Part shown: in pieces, positions 62,226 through 64,000 of the stretch | Numbering within the stretch: the first letter of the stretch is position 1 | How the letters are laid out: each line of letters begins with the position of its first letter | Translations under genes and position numbers: made by a program | Assembly (NCBI GenBank): GCA_943787465.1 | Contig: CALSMN010000008.1 | Span: 84 to 64,083, forward strand | Length of the DNA stretch: 64,000 nucleotides | Direction of reading: 5' to 3' | Origin: an uncultured Bacteroidia bacterium | Lineage (GTDB): Bacteria > Bacteroidota > Bacteroidia > NS11-12g > UBA9320 | Notes under the pieces: model-generated | Seen by the model: the letters and a program-made list of their open reading frames with translations, nothing else | What the model was told of the DNA's origin: nothing | Database searches by the model: none

Positions 62226-63801
62226 TCAGTTTTTTCTTTTTACTAACATCCCTAGAATAAAAAATACACCCATAAAACTAGCTAATCGTCCCAAATAGTC
62301 ACCGTAAGTAGCATAAAAAGTCATATTTTGAAAGGGATATACGTCAACGGCAATAATGTCTTTTTCCCACCATGAGGTTTGTTCTTGTATCCTGCCCAGT
62401 TTATCTATTCGACAAGTAATGCCTGTATTGGCACTTCGAAGTACTTCTCTTCTATTTTCAATGGCTCTGAGTGATGACATAATGCATGTGTTGTTTATAT
62501 CCATCTGTATCTCTCCACCAGCCATCATTGGTAATTACCAAAAGTATTTCAGCACCTTTCCTGCAAAATTGGGCTACATGACCAGAAAAAACACTTTCAT
62601 AACAAATCAATGGAGCAAGGTTTGGTTTATTACCTGCATTAAAAACTAGGGCCTCTTTATCTGAGCCCAAACTGCCTGAAACTCCACCAAGATTAATCGA
62701 TAGAAAACTCAAAAAACCAAATAATTTAGGATAAGGAAGTATTTCTGCACCTGGGACTAATTTACCTTTATGGTAAAAATCAATATTTTTTGTGCTATCA
62801 ATAATTAAAGCAGTATTGTAACTATCATAAAATTCACCACTTTCTGTTTGGCGTGCGGTGGAGGATAAACGTTCGTTTTTATTAAAAAATTTATAGGTTG
62901 AGATGCCTGAAACTAAATGAATTTGGGGGTATTTTTTAACAAAATGTTTTACTATTCTTATGCTTGTAAATCTATCTAGATTTTTCTCATCTACATACTC
63001 AACAATAGCAGTTTCAGGTAAAATCACATAGTCGATGCTATCGTTCATTTTTGTTTCTATTAAAGATAGCATTTCTTTAAAATTAGAAATCTCGGTAGTA
63101 GTATTGAATTTAGTATAGGGATCTATGTTGGGTTGCACCAATAAGGCTTTTCTCGGACGATTCTGCATTTCAATGGCGTCATAATCTTTGGAATGAGTGA
63201 GATAAAAGGGTATAGAAATGAGTGCTGGAACACAAATCGTAGTGAATGATATTATCCAAGCTGATTTTGTCTTTTTTGTAATGGCTATGTACCAACATAT
63301 ATTGGCTACTAAAACCCAAAGACTTCCTCCTAAAACGCCAGTAATCTCGTACCATTGGACAACTTCATTATGCTTTGCAAAGATATTACCCAATGTGAAC
63401 CAGGGCCAGGTGATTTGCCAATTGAGGTGTAAATACTCAAATGATAGCCATAAGGCAACAAAGATTAAAAATGCTTTTTCATCGGATACAATTTTTCTAC
63501 CTTTTCTGTATCCTAACCAGGGAAGATACATTAATCCAGCATTTGCAAACAGCATAAAAATACTGGAATAAAAATCAGCAAATCCAACCCACCAAGAGAT
63601 GACTAGATTCCATAAAAATAGTGACAGATAAATGAGCCAACCACTTTTGGGATAATCGTGTGTTCTTTGTTCCAAAAGGAATAATGGAACAAATGCAATA
63701 AAGCTAAGAAAAAACAAATCTCGTGGAGGCCAAGAGAGCCAAAACAAAATGGCCGGTGCTAGGGTATATAGTATGAGAAGTATCTTCTTATTTTTTATCA
63801 T
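62226..63801 (-). pseudogene. lnt: Apolipoprotein N-acyltransferase with a +1 frameshift at ~62477 (real lesion or assembly error)
   Basis: TM N-terminus, QPNI, LPETA (E), YHKGKLVP (K), ICYES (C), TNDGWW. The conserved LRAIENRR..RSANTGI tail is in the next frame; removing one base gives ~524 aa. Confidence 0.85.
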
Positions 63802-64000
63802 AACCAGCGATCATTAGTACAAATTCACCCTTTGGTTCATGTTGCATAAAATGAGCTAAAAGTTCAGTTGCAGTTCCACGAATATATTCTTCAAATTTTT
63901 TAGTTAATTCTCTACCAATGGCAACCTGTCGTGTATTGCCAAGAATTTCCTCGATCATTTGTAATGTTTTAATAATTCTGTGTGGACTTTCATAGAATAT
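63788..64000 (-). CDS. rsmI: 16S rRNA (cytidine1402-2'-O)-methyltransferase, 3' part only
   Basis: Hand translation IFYESPHRIIKTL...GRELTKKFEEYIRG...PKGEFVLMI...stop at 63790-63788. Not in the ORF track (start outside window). Confidence 0.92.
   Translation of the reverse strand: MFYESPHRIIKTLQMIEEILGNTRQVAIGRELTKKFEEYIRGTATELLAHFMQHEPKGEFVLMIAGYDKK

Noticed and set aside
1-64000. CRISPR arrays, rRNA, IS transposases, reverse transcriptases, riboswitches
   Set aside because: No repeat-spacer pattern, rRNA-like stretch, DDE/RT motif or long structured leader was recognised by eye; covariance-model searches were not run.

Overview
AT-rich Bacteroidota chromosome segment (TAnnTTTG/TTTG promoters, T9SS substrates, SusC/SusD pairs), probably from an aquatic or marine beta-glucan degrader. 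(1) 1-4.15 kb: right end of an integrative element at tRNA-Ala(GGC), with a tyrosine integrase and phased arm-site-like repeats. It also carries a >848-aa minus-strand gene missing from the ORF track because it runs off the window; I read it as signal peptide + periplasmic domain + ~7 TM helices + STAND-class (AAA_16/COG3899-like) NTPase, the most novel-looking item here. (2) 4.2-28.6 kb: core genes (porD-coaBC-rpoZ-bamD, sulfonolipid synthase-like gene, comEA, acyl-CoA dehydrogenase, rpsU-xerC-hpf, tRNA-Thr/Tyr/Gly/Thr-tuf-tRNA-Trp-secE-nusG-rplKAJL-rpoBC, DUF3467, chrA). (3) 28.6-47 kb: three-operon beta-1,3-glucan (laminarin-type) PUL with two SusC/SusD pairs, GH16, GH3, a Na+/sugar symporter, a PKD lipoprotein, two non-catalytic T9SS proteins (one with a near-identical 495-bp-period duplication) and an NrtR-family repressor with two visible GT-N7-AC operators. 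(4) 47-64 kb: fabD, purA, fur, rel, a large T9SS type-B adhesin-like protein, Ldh_2, a methyltransferase pseudogene, DPP III, an unannotated 46-aa membrane protein, ung, lipB, frameshifted lnt and partial rsmI. No CRISPR array or rRNA seen. All calls come from motif recognition and hand translation; no searches were run.
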